A stretch of DNA of 64,000 nt, taken from the NCBI RefSeq assembly GCF_009914755.1, contig NC_060925.1; one strand, 5' to 3'. The DNA is from the human T2T-CHM13v2.0 reference genome, Homo sapiens. The notes below the pieces were generated by a model. That model was not told the DNA's origin. It ran no database searches and was given only the letters and a program-made list of their open reading frames with translations. Below, piece after piece: positions 57,986-64,000 of this stretch. Position numbers and translations under genes: made by a program. The first letter of the stretch is position 1; every line of letters starts with the position of its first letter.

Positions 57986-59470
57986 GAACCAACAGGTGAA
58001 AGGATAAATTGTGCAGTGTGTTAAAGTGGTATCTGGAAAAACTTATGTTTCTGGATGACTATCACATCTAAGCTCTGACGATAGGTATTCTTAAAATCTA
58101 AAACTGTATCCTGATTAGACATAATAAAGAATGAGACCAAAACAAAACTTCTGAACATCTCCTCATGACTTAAGTTGCTATTTGCTATTTGCTATTTTCT
58201 TCCAAGCATCAGAATGGATCGGACTGGTACTTTTCTCAAAATAAGAAAGGTAATCAGATTAGATCATGAGCTTCCTATTACACAACAGGACAACAAAAAA
58301 TTTAAGAAACAGAATTTTGTATAGTATAATTTATTTAAAACACATGCATGTAAGAATACTATATATTTTCTATGAGTACATTTATATGTATGTGAAAGTA
58401 GAATGAAAAGTTAGTAAGGACAGCCTCAAAACTCTCAGAAGTGATTTTCTTTAGAGAAAGGGCATTGTGGGAAGTGATTAAAGAGAATCAAAATTTCATT
58501 TGCAACACTCAAACACAGAATTTGAGATGATGCCTTCCTATTAACTTCCCAAACCACAGAATATAATTTAAGTATAAAGCATGAGAACTGTATTCCTCCT
58601 TGAAGACACTAGGTACACCATGAAACCACAACTTAAACTTCTATGGTTAATCTTTCCAGGTATCTGTCTTATAGGCTACATTTCAAATATACTATCAAAT
58701 ATTCTAAAATAAATGATTCTTAAAAGATAACTGAATGAATAGATCCCAAAACTGGCTTGCCAATTTTGGATAAAATCAAAATACAAAATTTCTTTGGAAA
58801 GCCAAAGAAAATTTATCTAAGAAAAATGCTTAAGTCATTGAACATGACTTAAAACCAAATTTCACTCTTGCCTTTCAGTTCCCTAGGTTAGGAGCAGTCA
58901 AAAAGTGCATTCTATTTTAGTGAAGCAGGTCTGCTTACATGTTCAACCAGATTTTTTCAAAGATACTAATAAATTTCTGAGACTTCTGAATAAGGCTGTA
59001 ATGCAATAGCTGTTAATAAGGAGATAAGGCTTTCTTAAAATAGCTAATGTTTCCTAGGATTTTAAATCCCTGACTACAGAAGGAAAGAAATGACTTCAGA
59101 ATACAAAAAAGAGGTTACTGTGGCAATGTAGTTTAAAATGCAAGACAGCAAGCAGCCTGATAATTGGTTTGTAGATGTCCAGAAGTTCTGATCATTTCAA
59201 CAATGTTTTGTCTGCTGATCTACATGTAGTACATAAAAATCAAGTGTGTAGACCTCGGTTTTCTAGACATTAGGGATATCTTCTAAGTAGTGAAAACATT
59301 AATTGTAAGTCACTAAGTGAGGTATTTACATGCTAAAAACTATTTTTTATAAGGTACTATGACCTCAATTAGAATACTAATAAATCTGTAATCCATTACT
59401 TAAGTTTTTAAATAGAAAAGTATTTTATAATTGTTTTTAGGTAATAATCACTAGCTAAAACTCAAGTTAC

Positions 59471-59728
59471 CTCACATTCCATCCGCAGTAATGCACCAAG
59501 TAAAGGACCTCTCCACCTTCGACATCAGAATCTTTAATACTAGCTTCATACATTTTTTGATTTTTCCCTCGTCCATACCGCACTTGGACTTTCATGCCTG
59601 GTGGATAGCACTCAAACTCCTCTTCCTCATTGTTGTCATCATCATCTTCATCCTCTTCTTCTTCTTCCTCCTCCTCCTCCTCTTCTGCTTCTTCATCATC
59701 TTCATCTTCTTCTTTATTCGTTTCATCT
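59471..59728 (-). CDS. ARID4B: ARID4B exon 17 (258 nt; acidic tract [38 protein letters not shown], then chromobarrel/Tudor-knot [26 protein letters not shown]...[11 protein letters not shown]); upstream exons lie beyond the right edge
   Basis: CCTTTCAAG| and GAG|GTAACT; the HYxGWNxRYDEW chromobarrel motif is completed by exon 18; phase 2-2. Confidence 0.95.
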
Positions 59729-60506
59729 CTTGAAAGGTTTAAAAAATTGCAGAGTTAATAAAAGACACTTCATAAGTTTTTCAGTTCCAAACCACATATA
59801 TTGATAAAAGTTGTGGCTGTGATTGTTCCAGGAAAAGCAGGTTCCACGTGTATGAAATTCTCAGAGTTTCATTTTACTATTAAAAACTAAAACTGTAAGA
59901 CAACCAAGGTTACAGAAAGACACATTTAGAGAAAATGAAGATTCAAAAATAAGTGCAGTAAAAGAAAATTTCCAAAAGTCAGAAGAACAGAATTTGTGCC
60001 GAACAGCAAGAAGCAAGTATGGTCAACTCTAACAATTTTTTCATGTTTTATTAATAAAAGTGTTTTAACATCTCAATTGACAAAAAAATTCATTATACTT
60101 CATTGCCATTTTACAACTAAAAATTATTTTTCATTCAAATATTTCCAGCCTCAAGATGTTTGTTTCATTTTTTTAGAGACAGAGTCTTGCTCTGTCACCC
60201 AAGCTGGAGGCCTCAGGAAGTTTGAAACAATAATTTTTACTAGCAGATGGCAGTCTTAATAACTTTAAAACATTCTCCAACCGAATTTTCAAATGTTATA
60301 ATAACTGAAATACTATTTTAATTTAAACAGAAATATTCTAATAATGTACTACCAATATCTTATCATGTTTGTTCTTTCCTTTAAACTTCAACACAATTTC
60401 TACTCTCATTACCACAGATTTATTAACATCTTCTACAAATCTTCTCAACTTTGATGTTCCAAAGAAATAGACAGATGAGAGGCCAATTACAAGTATATGA
60501 AACTAA

Positions 60507-60977
<471 letters not shown>

Positions 60978-61243
60978 TAGATTTATTTTTTAAAAAATTT
61001 CAATATGAAATCCAAGGCTACATTTAGTCTGGTTTTATTTGCTGTCCTGTATGTCTGTACTTAAAGACTCCATCACTTTAGGGCTCACAAATGACTAAAC
61101 ATCATAAGGCAGAACAACCAGATAGTTTAGTATTTAAGCTTTAAAAATTAATAATATGTAAAATACATGATATATTAAAATATATGCTATATTATATATT
61201 AAGAGTAATGATTATATATATACATATATTACACCATGCACAC

Positions 61244-61250
<7 letters not shown>

Positions 61251-61285
<35 letters not shown>
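61251..61285. repeat. (TG)n microsatellite
   Basis: Direct reading. Confidence 0.95.
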
Positions 61286-61289
<4 letters not shown>

Positions 61290-61994
61290 TTTTCCCCCCC
61301 TTGGAGACATGGTCTCACTGTGTCATCCAGGTTGGAGTGAAGTGGCCTGATCACTGCTCACTGTGGTCTTGACTTCCTGTGCTCAAATGATCCTCCCACC
61401 TCAGCATCCCAAGTAGCTGGGACTACAGGCACACACCACCACACCCAGATAGTTTTTTATTTTTTATTTTTGTAGAGACAGGGGTCTCACTATGTTGTTT
61501 AGGCTGGTCTTGAACTCCCGGGCTCAAGCAATCTTCATACTTTGGCCTTCCAAAGTGCTGGGATTATAGGTGTGAGCCACTGTGCCCACCTGATGAATAT
61601 AATATTTATATTAAAAAAAAAACTTCCTCCACTGAAAATTTCAGCTTTATATCTCTATATGCAACCTTTTTAGGGATAATATACTTTATCATTCCTAATT
61701 AATTATACAGGCAACAAAAATAATATATAAATAGTGATATAAGCAGCACTATAATGCTTTTTTATTCTCCTTGTCCTTTTGTATAGTGGGGCAGGAGTGT
61801 TGGCAGGATGTTTAATGGACCGGTGGAAGTAAGTCCGTGTTCACGAAAGTATCAAATATATCAATTTTGTCTGAACTATAACACAAATTCCTCAAAAATT
61901 CTCAAGATTTATTCCTATTTTAAAGACTCAGTTACAGTCAAATATATAAGTATTTAAAAAATCTAAAACCTTCATGAAACCAGCTATAATCTGA

Positions 61995-62177
<183 letters not shown>

Positions 62178-62211
62178 TAAGCTGGGACTACATGCCACTA
62201 CGCTCTGCTGA

Positions 62212-62391
<180 letters not shown>

Positions 62392-63099
62392 TAAAAAAGT
62401 AATTTTATTAAGGCTAAAATATCAAAAAAATTAACAGAAATGGGATTATCAATGATAAATTATTATGAGGAATTTTATTTTATATAGTAAATTAAAACAA
62501 TTTTTTTTTGAAAGAATACTTGCCTAAGTCATAAGACTCTATCTTTGCATAGTGGGGAAAAGAAGCATATTTTATTGTGGCCACAATAAAAGAGATTTAT
62601 CATGCACCTCAGAATCATCATATAAAAATGAGATATAGAATCAAAATTCTAAATTTTTTGAAATGACGACAAACTCCAAGCTGTATCTTACATCATAGAA
62701 TACACTGAGTTGATGAATACAAACAATTCTAAATGCCAACAGCAAGCACAATCATACTTTAAGTAGTAGCCCAGGCAAATTTTCATTCAATCTACAACAA
62801 AAACCCAACACTCTTTTATTAATGAAATCAAGCAATCAAAAATTAAAAATATACATTTAATATCACCCTCAGACACAAACCAAATGAAATTCACTTTAAT
62901 AATACACTGAAGTATAAAGAAAAAAACAACATAATTACTGGCAATCAACCAAAGAAAACTATTCTACTCTCTAAGACTTCAGTGGCAAATTCAAGACTAA
63001 TGTGCTAAACCAGATGGAACACAGAATGCCAAGAAAGAGAGCCTCTGAAAGTATAAAATGCAACCAACATACATACAGGTTAAAAAAAATTAAGTTGAT

Positions 63100-63172
63100 G
63101 CATACACTACATACATGCACTCATATACATACATACACTCACATACATACATACATACATACACACACATAT
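63100..63172. repeat. (CATA)n/(CA)n imperfect microsatellite
   Basis: Direct reading. Confidence 0.8.
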
Positions 63173-63542
63173 GCATTTAAGCTAGTCATATTTTAGAGAA
63201 GAATATCTTGGGAAACGAAATGTATCAGCAAGGATTTTCATCTGAATTCACAAAGAAATATCAAATCTTCCCTACTTGATATTACACTCTTTACAATGAA
63301 ACAAAAATTTTAAAAAAGATAGTGTATTAAGTACGTGCTATGGCCAAGGCACTGAACTAGACATTTTACATATATCAACTTCTTCAATCTCCCACATCTG
63401 GACAATGGAAGAAGGACACTGAACATTCTTGGTAGTAGCCTATTACTTAGAGAAAGTTTATATGCCAGAAAAATACCTATATATTAATTATCACTGTAAA
63501 ATTTTCCACTGCAATTATCTAATAAAACTCAAAAATCAATTA

Positions 63543-63860
63543 CAGTAAGCCCCTCTTATCTGCAAGGGATACAGTCCAAGATCCCCAGTGGATGCCTGAA
63601 ACCGTGGATAGTACCAAACCTTATATATACTGTGTTTTTTCCTATACATACATACCTCTGATAAAGTTTAATTTATTAATAAGGCACAGCATGAGATAAG
63701 CAATGACTAATAACAAAGCAATTATAATATGCTATAATAACAGTTATGTGAATATGGTCTTGTCTCACTCTCTCAAAATATTTTATTGCACTGTACTCAC
63801 CTGTTTTCAGACCACAGTTGACCACAGGTAACTGAAACTGTGGAAAAGCAGGGAGTACTA
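63543..63860. mobile_element. MER44/Tigger7-family DNA transposon
   Basis: TA-flanked CAGTAAGCCCCTCTTATC...CCCCAGTGGATGCCTGAAACCGTGGATAGTACC...GGTAACTGAAACTGTGGAAA matches the MER44 pattern. Confidence 0.8.
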
Positions 63861-64000
63861 TATAAACAGTCCCAACTGCAATGCTTCTAAAAAATATCTA
63901 CCAAACTAGGGCAGTCACATCAGGAAAATTTTAGTTTGAGGTACGCATATACTAATAAATATCTGTAGTACATAAAAATCCATATAATTATACAGTTAAA

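Overview
Human (primate) genomic DNA that I recognise from the encoded proteins as the RBM34/ARID4B locus (chr1q42 by recall). Both genes are on the minus strand, head to tail. The window holds RBM34 exons 1-4 (ATG at 6932, CpG-island promoter with tandem ETS sites) and the last eight coding exons of ARID4B (59728 down to the stop at 14230; exons 17-24 by recalled numbering). The ARID4B 3'UTR is about 1.6 kb and ends near 12605, about 5.6 kb upstream of the RBM34 start. All exon boundaries were read by eye; they are GT-AG and their phases join consistently. The rest is intronic or intergenic and very Alu-rich (roughly 70 Alu copies or fragments by manual count), with L1, L2, MIR and DNA-transposon remnants. 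Most ORF-track entries are Alu or shadow artefacts. I see no evidence of a new gene or a wholly new system. The best leads are post-transcriptional control of ARID4B: candidate poison exons in Alu-free intron 21, a candidate intronic poly(A) site after the large exon 20, clustered AAGUGC-seed miRNA sites just after the stop, and an open alternative frame for an ARID4B-RBM34 read-through. There is also a perfect 118-bp tandem duplication. Some of these may already be annotated; I could not check. Repeat coordinates are approximate (about 10 nt, more for old repeats).
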